Source: Paenibacillaceae bacterium (GTDB taxonomy: Bacteria; Bacillota; Bacilli; Paenibacillales; JAWLCZ01). Taken from it: DNA of 61,068 nucleotides. A program made the translations under genes and the position numbers. The stretch lies in assembly GCA_041686835.1 (NCBI GenBank), contig JAWLCZ010000001.1, positions 1 through 61,068 on the forward strand. The letters run 5' to 3'. This document shows positions 20,323 through 29,461 of the stretch, in pieces. Numbering within the stretch: position 1 is the first letter of the stretch; each line of letters begins with the position of its first letter. Below the pieces are notes generated by a model. It was not told where the DNA came from, did not search any database, and saw only the letters and a list, made by a program, of their open reading frames with translations.

Positions 20323-20369
20323 ACAACAACGGTATACGTGCTCATATTTCTGTATGATATTGAAAGGAA

Positions 20370-21734
20370 GTGGATCGATTGAAAGAAGGAAGACGCCCGA
20401 ACGTCATTGTTTTCTTTACGGATCAACAGCGCTGGGACACCACTGGGGTGCACGGCAATCCGCTGGATCTAACGCCGAATTTCGACCGGATGGCCCGCGA
20501 AGGAACGCACGTGTACTATTCGCTTACGTGCCAACCGGTTTGCGGACCGGCGCGTTCCTGCCTGCAGACCGGCTTGTACGCCACAACAACCGGTTGTTAC
20601 CGCAACGGCATTCCCCTTCCGCAGGAATCGAAGACGCTCGCCCACTATTTCCGCGAAGCGGGATATCAAACCGGGTACATCGGCAAATGGCATCTGGCGA
20701 AGGAAGAACCGGTCCCCCAAGAGCAAAGGGGGGGCTATGAATATTGGCTTGCCGCCAATCAGCTCGAGTATTCTTCCGACGCGTACGATACGGTCATGTA
20801 CGACCACGATAACCGGGAGGTCAGGCTTCCCGGATACCGGGTGGACGCCCAAACCGACGCAGCCATCCGGTATATTGACGGGCACAAGCATTCGCCGTTC
20901 TTTTTGTTTTTATCCTACATAGAACCGCATCATCAAAACCATCTGGACAACTATCCCGCACCGGTCGGGTATGAAGAAAAATATACCGGCAGGTGGACGC
21001 CCCCGGATTTGGCGGCGCTGAGAGGAACGGCCCATCAGCATCTGGGCGGTTATTACGGGATGGTCAAAAGGCTCGATGAAGCGCTGGGCCGGTTGTTAGA
21101 CGCCTTGAGAAGCCTGAAGCTGCTGGACAATACGATTGTCCTGTTCACCTCCGATCATGGCTGCCATTTTAAAACGAGGAATTCGGAGTATAAACGATCG
21201 TGCCATGACAGTTCCATCCGGGTGCCTACTGCATTGATTGGGCCAGGCTTTGATTCGGGCGGACAGATCCGCGAACTGGTCAGCCTGATCGACCTGCCGC
21301 CCACTCTGCTGGATGCCGCCGGCATTCCGGTGCCGGAAGTCATGCAGGGCCGATCGATCCTGCCCTTGCTGAAAGGCGAGAAGCAGAACTGGCCGAAAGA
21401 AGTGTTCGTGCAGATCAGCGAATCCCAGGTTGGGCGCGCCATCCGCACGCACCGCTGGAAGTACGGCGTTACCGCGCCGGATAAAAGCGGTTGGGACGAT
21501 TCCGCTTCGGACGTATATGTGGAGGAATATTTGTACGATCTGCATGCCGATCCGCACGAATTAAACAACTTGATCGGCATAGAATCGTATCGGGATGTCG
21601 TACGCGATCTTCGGGCGCGGCTTATCGAGCGGATGGTTCAGGCCGGGGAAACGGCTCCCGAAATCCGGCCGGCGCCGGAGAAAGAGAAAGGACAGCGTCG
21701 TGTTTCGATAGAGGAGATTCGCGTGAAGCTATAA
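20370..21734 (+). CDS. Cys-type sulfatase, second copy, no signal peptide
   Basis: NVIVFFTDQQRWD and motif CGPARSCLQTG. The start codon is uncertain (GTG 20370 or a nearby TTG). Confidence 0.8.
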   Translation: MDRLKEGRRPNVIVFFTDQQRWDTTGVHGNPLDLTPNFDRMAREGTHVYYSLTCQPVCGPARSCLQTGLYATTTGCYRNGIPLPQESKTLAHYFREAGYQTGYIGKWHLAKEEPVPQEQRGGYEYWLAANQLEYSSDAYDTVMYDHDNREVRLPGYRVDAQTDAAIRYIDGHKHSPFFLFLSYIEPHHQNHLDNYPAPVGYEEKYTGRWTPPDLAALRGTAHQHLGGYYGMVKRLDEALGRLLDALRSLKLLDNTIVLFTSDHGCHFKTRNSEYKRSCHDSSIRVPTALIGPGFDSGGQIRELVSLIDLPPTLLDAAGIPVPEVMQGRSILPLLKGEKQNWPKEVFVQISESQVGRAIRTHRWKYGVTAPDKSGWDDSASDVYVEEYLYDLHADPHELNNLIGIESYRDVVRDLRARLIERMVQAGETAPEIRPAPEKEKGQRRVSIEEIRVKL

Positions 21735-21761
21735 AGCGCCATGCCTGAGGGAGGGATATTC

Positions 21762-23027
21762 ATGGCACAAGCTTGTTTGACCGCCGCGGAACACGGAACG
21801 ATTGGGGTCATGTGGAAAACCGTGTCCGAGGACTGCAATTTGGCCTGCGATTATTGTTACTACAGCACATGCGGAGGGAAGCCGGGCCCCAGAATCAACC
21901 GTATCCGCCGTGACATCCTGGAAAAATTTATAAAGGAATATATGGCGAAGTCCAAAGGCGCGGCCTCTTTTGTCTGGCAAGGCGGGGAGCCGCTGCTTGC
22001 CGGTCTCGATTTCTTCGAAGAAGTGGTGGAATTGCAGGCGAAATACGCTCCCCCGCATACGGTCATCGGCAACGCGCTGCAGACGAACGGCACGCTCATT
22101 GATGAGAAGTGGGCCCGTTTTTTTAAAACATACCGTTTCTTAATCGGCGTCAGTGTGGACGGACCGAAAGAAATTCATGACGCCAGGCGTGTGACCGGTT
22201 CCGGAAAAGGCAGCTACGATCGGGTCATGCGCGGCATTGGTCATCTTCGCGAGGCGGGTGTCGAATTCAACATTTTAACGGTCGTTCATGAAGGTAATGT
22301 GCATAAAGCGAAAGAGCTTATGGCCTATTACATGCGGGAAGGATTCGATTATGTGCAGTTCATTCCTTGCATGGATTTTCGGGCGCAGCAGACGGATAAG
22401 CCGGGCAAGTATTTGATCACGCCCGAACAATACGGGCGTTTTCTGTGTGAAGCTTTCGACATTTGGTACAACGATGGCGATCCGAAAATATCCGTGCGCT
22501 TCTTTGATAACATGCTGAGCGTTTACCTTCATCGGGAGGCCGAATTGTGCATTCACCGCAAATCGTGTCCGAAAATGCTGGTGCTCGAGCAGAACGGCGA
22601 CGCTTATCCGTGCGATTTCTATATCAGCGACCCATTCAAACTGGGAAATGTCGGGACGGATTCTCTGGATGATATTCTGGGCAACCCGCTCTATCGGGAA
22701 TTTTTAAGCTTGAAACCGAATTTGCCGGACAAATGCGTTCATTGCCCCTACTTGCGTCTATGCCACGGAGGATGTCCAAGGAATCGCAATTGGAGCGGTA
22801 TCGGCGAAAAACCGGATGCGGACTACTTTTGCCGGAGCTATATGCAAATCTATGAGTATGCGCATGAACGGATGGAAAAAGTGGCCCGGAACATTCGCGC
22901 CCGCTGGTTGAGAGAGTACGTCAAAAGCGGTCTCAAACTGCCGGGAAGAAACGAGAGTTGTGTTTGCGGCAGCGGAAAGAAATTCAAGAAGTGCTGCGAC
23001 GGTTTGCTTCCGGCGGCGGCCCAATAA
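21762..23027 (+). CDS. Anaerobic sulfatase-maturating enzyme (radical SAM/SPASM) with C-terminal SEC-C motif
   Basis: CNLACDYCYY (CxxxCxxC). SPASM cysteine clusters (CPKMLVLEQNGDAYPCDFY, CVHCPYLRLCHGGCPRNR). Terminal CVCGSGKKFKKCC. ATG at 21762, after GAGGGAGGGA. Confidence 0.85.
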   Translation: MAQACLTAAEHGTIGVMWKTVSEDCNLACDYCYYSTCGGKPGPRINRIRRDILEKFIKEYMAKSKGAASFVWQGGEPLLAGLDFFEEVVELQAKYAPPHTVIGNALQTNGTLIDEKWARFFKTYRFLIGVSVDGPKEIHDARRVTGSGKGSYDRVMRGIGHLREAGVEFNILTVVHEGNVHKAKELMAYYMREGFDYVQFIPCMDFRAQQTDKPGKYLITPEQYGRFLCEAFDIWYNDGDPKISVRFFDNMLSVYLHREAELCIHRKSCPKMLVLEQNGDAYPCDFYISDPFKLGNVGTDSLDDILGNPLYREFLSLKPNLPDKCVHCPYLRLCHGGCPRNRNWSGIGEKPDADYFCRSYMQIYEYAHERMEKVARNIRARWLREYVKSGLKLPGRNESCVCGSGKKFKKCCDGLLPAAAQ

Positions 23028-23151
23028 AGCGTCTATCCGACCACGAACATCCCGCAATTAGAAGTATTGCCAAAAAAATTTTTTGGGCCGCATGATAGAT
23101 CCGCATGCTGTACGGCATTAAAATAGCAGGGAAGCGAAAGGAGTATGGCAT

Positions 23152-24027
23152 GTGCGGAAATGGTCAAACGAAGCGTACAACGAATATCGCCGAGGCAGCG
23201 TTTCGGTCGGCAGTGACGATGGGCGCGCCGAAGAACGATACGCCGGCTTCACCGAATCCGGCCCGCTCGAGTCGCTGCTGGAGGAGCAATTGACCCGGAT
23301 GGCACGGGAAGGCGACCGGCAGGCATTCGGCGAGCTTGTGCGGCGAAGCCGCGCCAAAATGTACGGCTGGGCGCGTTCGCTGACGCAGGACCACTACATG
23401 GCGGAGGACATCGTGCAGGAAGCGCTCATTCGCGCGTTTCTGAATATCGGCCGGCTATGGGAGAACAGCCGGTTCACGCCGTGGCTCGCGCGGATCGTGC
23501 GCAATCAGGCGTATATGAAATTGCGCCGCGGCGGACCGTTCGCGAAGGAGCGGCCGTTCTCCGGGCTCGAGACCGGGGCCGCCGCCGTATCTGGCCCTGT
23601 CGAACGAACGGCGGCGGTCGGCATAGGTGAAAGGGCGGCAGACGACTGGCGCGATATCGACCGCATATTGTTTCACCTCAGCCGCCAAACGGAATATACC
23701 GCCCGGCCAATGCAGGATCCGGCCGCCGCTCTCCTGCGCAAAGAATTGGTGGACGGTATCCGGCAGCTGCTCGCTTGTTTGAGCCCGCGGGAGAAGGACA
23801 TCGTCGAAGCGTATTTTTTCCGGCATGTCACGCCGCATGAAATCGCTCTCGTGCTGGATACGTCGGTCGCGAACGTGTACAACAGCATCTCCCGCGCCCG
23901 CAGCAAGCTGCAGCGCGAACGGATCCGCCTGCACGTCAGCATGTACGTCAAGCGGCGGCGGGACGCCGGCAAGCCGAAAGCCAGACTCCTCGCTCCTCCA
24001 ATCCTGTACCAGCCAAAGGAGTGTTAG
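23152..24027 (+). CDS. ECF/sigma-70-family RNA polymerase sigma factor with extended sigma2-sigma4 linker
   Basis: Region 2 DIVQEALIRAFLNIGRLWENSRFTPWLARIVRNQAYMKLRR. Region 4 LSPREKDIVEAYFFRHVTPHEIALVLDTSVANVYNSISRARSKLQRE. GTG start is uncertain. Confidence 0.75.
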   Translation: MRKWSNEAYNEYRRGSVSVGSDDGRAEERYAGFTESGPLESLLEEQLTRMAREGDRQAFGELVRRSRAKMYGWARSLTQDHYMAEDIVQEALIRAFLNIGRLWENSRFTPWLARIVRNQAYMKLRRGGPFAKERPFSGLETGAAAVSGPVERTAAVGIGERAADDWRDIDRILFHLSRQTEYTARPMQDPAAALLRKELVDGIRQLLACLSPREKDIVEAYFFRHVTPHEIALVLDTSVANVYNSISRARSKLQRERIRLHVSMYVKRRRDAGKPKARLLAPPILYQPKEC

Positions 24028-24030
24028 CGA

Positions 24031-25026
24031 ATGGGACAACGCCCCGATTACACGAACAACTTTACGCACACGAATGTGACCGATACCGGCTCGATCTATT
24101 CGATCCTGCAATATACGGAGCGAAAAGATCTCTCCCTCGTTGAAGTCGCCGGATACACCACGAACGCGTTCCGGATCATCATCGACCGCGAACGGGTGAA
24201 CGTCGCCGGGTACTCGGCGTTCGAATGGCCGCTTCACCACCAGGAGCAGTTCGCGAATTTGGGCTTCCGCACCCGGTACGAAGGCGGCCCGACCGAAATT
24301 CCTCCTACGCAGGAGGAGCTGGAACGCGCGCTCGAGTTGATTCACTGGAGTCTCGATCGCGGCATTCCCGTTCTGGCCTGGGATCTGTTCGTGCCGGAGT
24401 TCGGCATCATCTACGGTTACGACGATGAGGCCCGCACGCTTCGCTGCCGCGACATTACGAAGGACGGCGAGCTGCCGTACGAGAAACTGGGACGCGGCCA
24501 AGTGCACGAGCTGTACGTGATGGCCATTACCGATACGCTGCCGGCCGACAAATGGACGATGCTGCACGGCGCGCTCCGGATGGCGGTTCGGCACGCGCGC
24601 GAGCAAGGGTATAAGCGGGAACATTCGCAATACCGAAACGGTCTGGCCGGCTACGACGCATGGATTGAGGCGTTTGAAAAGCGGAACGTCGAAGTGTACG
24701 GCAACACGCTCCACGGTCTGTATGTGTACGATCAGCGCCTGTTTGCCGCACAATTCCTGAAACAAATTGCCGCGGAGCTTCAAGGCGAATCGGCTGCGGC
24801 GAAACGGCTGCGCTTGCTGGCGGGCCAAGCCGCCGTCCATTACGATAACGTTGCGGACCGATTGGGCGAGTTCGTGGTCCGCTTCCCGTTTCCAAAGGGC
24901 GGCGATCCGAACGATGCGGAGCAAGCGGCTGCGGCCATCCGGCTTTTGGCGGAAGCCAGAGCCGAAGAGGAGCAAGGGGTCGAACTGCTGGAAGAGATGC
25001 TGACGGTGCTCGACAATACTGTATAA
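24031..25026 (+). CDS. Hypothetical cytoplasmic protein (tentatively BtrH_N/DUF4872-like fold), coupled to the sigma factor
   Basis: Begins 4 nt after the sigma gene. No TM segment or zinc anti-sigma motif. Clear paralog of the ORF at 49504-50535 (AFRIIIDRERV / LFRIDDRIDI; DRGIPVLAWDL..IIYGYDDE / DRGCPCFGRGI..LVYGYDKE). Confidence 0.5.
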   Translation: MGQRPDYTNNFTHTNVTDTGSIYSILQYTERKDLSLVEVAGYTTNAFRIIIDRERVNVAGYSAFEWPLHHQEQFANLGFRTRYEGGPTEIPPTQEELERALELIHWSLDRGIPVLAWDLFVPEFGIIYGYDDEARTLRCRDITKDGELPYEKLGRGQVHELYVMAITDTLPADKWTMLHGALRMAVRHAREQGYKREHSQYRNGLAGYDAWIEAFEKRNVEVYGNTLHGLYVYDQRLFAAQFLKQIAAELQGESAAAKRLRLLAGQAAVHYDNVADRLGEFVVRFPFPKGGDPNDAEQAAAAIRLLAEARAEEEQGVELLEEMLTVLDNTV

Positions 25027-25060
25027 TAATGCATCGGGATTATATGCTGCATAAGGAAAC

Positions 25061-25097
25061 GGTTGCAAGCTGCCGGTAAATTCGGCGGCTTGCAACC
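25061..25097 (+). terminator. Long GC hairpin after the sigma-module operon (no clear U-tract)
   Basis: GGTTGCAAGCTGCCG-gtaaatt-CGGCGGCTTGCAACC. Confidence 0.4.
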
Positions 25098-25268
25098 GTG
25101 CTGTGCAAGATTGGCTTTACGTATAAAAAAGCAGTGTCGGCATATCGCGATAAGTTGTTTCCGAGAAGTTGCCGTTTGTGCGTTCTGCTATCATTTTTCG
25201 CCAGAAGGACTCGGCTGCTTTGTTCTTTTTCAGGTACGACTGACCTAAGGAAAGGCGGACAACAGTTC

Positions 25269-25514
25269 ATGGAAATTCGAAAGTTCCAGGATTCGGACAT
25301 TGATCAGATCGTTTCACTTTTCTACGAAACAGTACATTCGGTAAACGCACAAGATTATTCACCAGAGCAACTCGAGGCTTGGGCGCCAAAAAACGAAAAA
25401 GACATCATCATAGAAAATTGGAAAAAATCTATGAGTCGCAACATTACCTATGTTGCAGAAATTAACGGCAAAATCGTTGGTTTTAGTGACATGACTCATG
25501 ATGAAAAATATTGA
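25269..25514 (+). pseudogene. GNAT N-acetyltransferase remnant (N-terminal ~80 aa only)
   Basis: MEIRKFQDSDIDQIVSLFYETVHSVNAQDYSPEQLEAWAP...VAEINGKIVGFSDMTHDEKY then stop. The acetyl-CoA-binding (Q/R-x-x-G-x-G/A) half is missing. Confidence 0.6.
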
Positions 25515-25572
25515 ACGGACAACCCCTTATCAGCAAAGAAACACCATGATTCGGGTGTTCTTGCTGCTTAGT

Positions 25573-26541
25573 TTAAGTGCACGATTCGTGTTTCGCGCCT
25601 TTACCGCTTATCGCCAATCCGTTCTCTGTTTCTTCCAACGGCAGAAACAACGGTCTTTCCCGTCCGTGCGGAGTGTCAGGATAATGCGTACAGATCCACA
25701 ATTTACCGTGCAGGTCGCGGAACAAACTGGGATGCCCCGCATTGCAGTCCAAGAACAGTTTTTCATCATGGGTCCAGGGACCCTCTATTCTTCCGCTGGC
25801 GGAACGGGCAATCGCCACCGTGTAACCTCCCAAGCCGGTCTCGCTGTAGTTCGGTACGGAATAGCTGGACCACAGCAGCAGAAGTTCCCCGTTTTTCGCC
25901 TTATACAGGAACGGCGCATCCGTCAAATAACCCTGCTTCTCGATCCGGGGATCGCCGAACAACCGGATCCATTTCATGTCCGCAGCATTCAGGATCGTAA
26001 CAGCCTCGCCGTAGGACGATTTCAGATCGCGCTGCAGGCGAAGCGCCTTGATTTTGCCTTCATACAGCTCCGTCCACTCATGGCAGAACACGATCCACCG
26101 CTGTCCGCTGTCGTCCTCATAATAAGTGCCGTCCAAACATTCGCAGCCTTTCAGGGTTACAGGGCCGTCACTGTGCGGACGATACGGGCCGGCCGGATGA
26201 TCGGCGACCAGGATTCCGGTTCCTCTGTTTTCCCCGATTCCTCCCTTAAAGGAGGCGAACATATAAAATTTTCCGTCCACCGCAAACACTTCCGGCGCCC
26301 AATAATGCCGCACTCCCCAAAATCCCTTCGGAGGCTGGAAGGCGACATACGGGCCCGTCCAATATTCCAAATTCTCGCTAACGTAAACTTCAAAAATCGG
26401 ATCTTTGTCTCCGCATCCGTTGGCGAACGTTGTGCCGAACAAATAGTATTTTTGTTCTTGCTGGTAGGGAAACACAAAAGGATCGCGCATATGAATCTCG
26501 TTCGTCCGCACCGTTTTGATCGTTCGAAACCCGACTTGCAT
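25573..26541 (-). CDS. Glycoside hydrolase family 43 (beta-xylosidase/arabinofuranosidase-like), no signal peptide
   Basis: HMRDPFVFPYQQEQKYYLFGT, YWAPEVFAVDGKFYMFASF, DAPFLYKAKNGELLLLWS. RBS AAGAGGGGGG. Confidence 0.8.
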   Translation of the reverse strand: MQVGFRTIKTVRTNEIHMRDPFVFPYQQEQKYYLFGTTFANGCGDKDPIFEVYVSENLEYWTGPYVAFQPPKGFWGVRHYWAPEVFAVDGKFYMFASFKGGIGENRGTGILVADHPAGPYRPHSDGPVTLKGCECLDGTYYEDDSGQRWIVFCHEWTELYEGKIKALRLQRDLKSSYGEAVTILNAADMKWIRLFGDPRIEKQGYLTDAPFLYKAKNGELLLLWSSYSVPNYSETGLGGYTVAIARSASGRIEGPWTHDEKLFLDCNAGHPSLFRDLHGKLWICTHYPDTPHGRERPLFLPLEETENGLAISGKGAKHESCT

Positions 26542-26740
26542 TCTTTTGCCCCCCTCTTTGGTTCACGCACTAATTTATTTATTTGATTCCTGAGCTCGTT
26601 TTACCTCTTTCATCCGCATCATTTTTCTCCGGAAAATTCAGTCCGGCGGCGGAAGATTGAACATTTCGCAAATCCGCAATACAATAGTACTATCCGCAAG
26701 GCAAAGCATGTTTGCCAATAGGAAAGGAATTTCGCAGGTC

Positions 26741-27715
26741 ATGTCCAAAGCTGATAACATGCTGTCCATTTTGTGGCTGCTGAAGACGGGAAAACGGATG
26801 ACGGCCAAGCAGCTGGCCGAGGCGCTGGAAATCAACGTCCGGACCGTTTACCGGTATATTGACGCGCTTTGCGCCAGCGGAGTGCCCATCCTATCCGATT
26901 CGGGACATAACGGCGGGTACAGCTTGCCCGAGTCTTTCACCGAAGTTCCGCTGTTTTTTGATCTGGATGAACAGAAACCGCTCATTCATGCGGCCATGTT
27001 TGCCCGGGAAGCGGGGTATCCGTTCGGAGATTCGTTGAACCGGGCCATCGCCAAATTAAAAATGTACGCCAACGAGGAACAATTGGACAACATCAACCGC
27101 CATGTCATCGGCTTCGACGTCATCATTCCGCCATCCGATGCTTCCTTGGAATCGCTTCTCAAGGAACTGGAAACGTCGGTGGCGGACAGCCGCACCCTCT
27201 TCATCGAGTATCAAAAGGCATATGGAACTTCCGCCCAACCCCGCCGCATCGATCCCTACGGACTCATTTATTGGAAAAGCAGGTGGTACGTTGTCGCCTT
27301 CTGCCATCTTCGCCGTGAAATCCGCAGCTTCCGCGCGGATCGCATCCGGTCTTTATCCCGCACGGATTCCGTGTTCCAACGGCCGCCCGGGTTTTCCGCC
27401 CGTCAATTTTTTCTCGGCAGTATTCTTCCCGACACGGACAATGCCGATCAACCCGTTTCCGTACGCATCCAGGGAAAAGAGCAGGCGATCAATGACTTGT
27501 GCGGGCATTGGTTGTTCGGACATGCCCTTACGGAACGTTGCGGGAATGAAGCCCGGTTCAGGTTCGACGAGCAGGCGATTCGCACCTATGTGCCTTACTT
27601 TCTCCTGACGTACGGAAAATCGATTCGGGTGCTGGAACCGTCTTTGCTGCAGGAAAAATTGGCGGCAGTCGCTTCGGAATTGCTGGATTATTATCGGACG
27701 TTTTCACTTCACTGA
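26741..27715 (+). CDS. YafY-type HTH + WYL-domain transcriptional regulator
   Basis: HTH MTAKQLAEALEINVRTVYRYIDALCASGVPI. WYL region IDPYGLIYWKSRWYVVAFCHLRREIRSFRADRI. Confidence 0.8.
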   Translation: MSKADNMLSILWLLKTGKRMTAKQLAEALEINVRTVYRYIDALCASGVPILSDSGHNGGYSLPESFTEVPLFFDLDEQKPLIHAAMFAREAGYPFGDSLNRAIAKLKMYANEEQLDNINRHVIGFDVIIPPSDASLESLLKELETSVADSRTLFIEYQKAYGTSAQPRRIDPYGLIYWKSRWYVVAFCHLRREIRSFRADRIRSLSRTDSVFQRPPGFSARQFFLGSILPDTDNADQPVSVRIQGKEQAINDLCGHWLFGHALTERCGNEARFRFDEQAIRTYVPYFLLTYGKSIRVLEPSLLQEKLAAVASELLDYYRTFSLH

Positions 27716-27740
27716 CCGTAAATGTCAGTGAAGTTTTTTT
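27707..27740 (+). terminator. Rho-independent terminator of the WYL regulator gene
   Basis: CTTCACTGAC-cgtaaat-GTCAGTGAAG followed by TTTTTTT. The stop codon lies inside the stem. Confidence 0.8.
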
Positions 27741-27839
27741 ATAATGAATACAAGCCGATGATTGGAGGTTTTTTATTCCATCGCTGGAATTGCGGTTAGT
27801 CTGAAGTCAAGGCGATCATTTTAACGGAGGTGTCTTGGG

Positions 27840-28229
27840 ATGAAGTTGAAGCAAATCAGGCTGCTGGTCAAAGATTTTAAAAAGAGCGCGGCGTTTTACC
27901 GGGACGTGTTGGAGTTTCCGATCGGATGGTATCTGGAAGACGTGGAGTACGCGCTGTTTGACACCGGGGAAACGAAGCTTGAAATGTTGTCGCGAAAAGC
28001 GATGGCCGAAGTGATCGATGAAGGGAACAAGCCTGCAGAAGCCGACACCCCATCCAATTTTCTGCTCGATTTTGAGGTTGAAGATATTGATGCAGTTTTC
28101 CGTCGTTTGCGCGAGAAGGGAATCGTTTTCGTCACGGAACCGCACGATCGCCTGGACTGGAATTCGCGCGTCGCCCACTTCCGCGATCCGGAAGGAAACT
28201 TGATTGAAATTTACAAACATCCCTTATAA
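27840..28229 (+). CDS. VOC/glyoxalase family protein
   Basis: IRLLVKDFKKSAAFYRDVLEFPI ... AHFRDPEGNLIEIY. RBS GGAGGTG. Confidence 0.75.
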   Translation: MKLKQIRLLVKDFKKSAAFYRDVLEFPIGWYLEDVEYALFDTGETKLEMLSRKAMAEVIDEGNKPAEADTPSNFLLDFEVEDIDAVFRRLREKGIVFVTEPHDRLDWNSRVAHFRDPEGNLIEIYKHPL

Positions 28230-28245
28230 AAAGGAGGAATTCCGA

Positions 28246-28749
28246 GTGAAGCATTACGCGCTGCAATTGTACGATTATCATGTATGGGCCAACGAAAGAG
28301 TGTTCAATCACTTAGAAGATCTGCCGCGGGACATTGTCCGCAAAGAGGTGCAAAGCGTGTTTTCTTCCTTGTTTGACGTGCTGGTTCACCTGTACCGGGT
28401 AGATAACGTTTGGCTGCTCGCCATGTCCGGCAAGTTTGACGAAATTGCGCCGACGGTTGGCAGAATCATGGAGGAGACCCGAGATATCGGCCTGGAAGAA
28501 CTCGAATCGATGTTTAACCGGTTATACGAAAGGTACAGGGCGTTCTTCGGCACCATCGATATGGAAGCCGTGACTTCTTACGATCATCCCCATTATGGTA
28601 CATTGAACGCCCGATATTGCGATATCGTTCAGCATGTCGTCAATCACGGCACGTATCACCGCGGGAATATAACGGCGATGCTGCGGCAGATGGGACATCC
28701 CGGTGCCGCGACGGATTATGTTTTTTACTTGTATCATTTGAATTCATAA
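28246..28749 (+). CDS. DinB-family metal-dependent protein
   Basis: YDYHVWANERVFNHL ... IVQHVVNHGTYHRGNITAMLRQMG. GTG at 28246, after AAGGAGGAA. Confidence 0.75.
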   Translation: MKHYALQLYDYHVWANERVFNHLEDLPRDIVRKEVQSVFSSLFDVLVHLYRVDNVWLLAMSGKFDEIAPTVGRIMEETRDIGLEELESMFNRLYERYRAFFGTIDMEAVTSYDHPHYGTLNARYCDIVQHVVNHGTYHRGNITAMLRQMGHPGAATDYVFYLYHLNS

Positions 28750-28996
28750 TTATCATATTATCAAGTGGGCCGTCCCGTAAGCAGCAATTTAGCTGCATGG
28801 GGAGGCTCCTTTTTTTGCCCGGCATAGGTCATCGGGTTTATTCGCTATAACGAACATTTTCCTACATAATTGAGAACATTTTTCTATTTGAAAAGGAAAT
28901 GAAAGTAAGTAAATTGGACTATTTACTTAGATTACATTATTTGACAGAATGTTATAAAATCATGGAAATTTGTCGTTTGACTTTGGAGTGGAACGA

Positions 28997-29449
28997 ATGC
29001 ATCCCTTAGTATGGCTCCCTTTGGTTTGTCTGCTCACCGTCGCCGTCATCACCGACCTTAAAAACCGCATGATTTACGATTGGATGACCTTACCCGGTCT
29101 TGTTTATTTTTTAACGGTTCATTTGATTCTTCGCGATTTGAGTTGGCTCGAGACGTTCGGCGGCTTGTTCGGACTCGGGGGAGTATCGCTCCTCATGGCC
29201 GCTGTAAGCCGAGGTCAATTCGGCGGCGGGGATATCAAGCTTTTTGCCGCGATAGGGGCTGGTTTGGGCTGGTCTGCGGGCATCTGGGTCTTCCTGCTTA
29301 CATTTCTTACCGCCGCTCTTGCTGCATGGCCGATCCTCCTGATCCGAAAGCTGCTTCCGGGAAAAGGAGAAGGGGTGAGGGAGCTTCCGATGGCACCTTT
29401 TATGGGCGCAAGCACAATGGTTATTCTCTTCACAGTCCAAACGTTTTGA
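28997..29449 (+). CDS. tadV: Prepilin peptidase, A24 family (TadV/CpaA)
   Basis: Polytopic membrane protein with the two catalytic Asp contexts VITDLKNRMIYDW and FGGGDIKLFAAIG. Confidence 0.8.
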   Translation: MHPLVWLPLVCLLTVAVITDLKNRMIYDWMTLPGLVYFLTVHLILRDLSWLETFGGLFGLGGVSLLMAAVSRGQFGGGDIKLFAAIGAGLGWSAGIWVFLLTFLTAALAAWPILLIRKLLPGKGEGVRELPMAPFMGASTMVILFTVQTF

Positions 29450-29461
29450 GGTGTAGCGGCT

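Noticed and set aside
23455-25095. 546-aa minus-strand ORF spanning the sigma factor and its partner gene
   Set aside because: It is antisense to two genes with clear sigma-70 motifs and good RBSs. It is Arg/Pro/Ala-rich with no recognisable motif, which is typical of a GC-rich shadow ORF.
25498-26586. 362-aa plus-strand ORF
   Set aside because: It is antisense to the GH43 gene, which has conserved GH43 blocks and a strong RBS.
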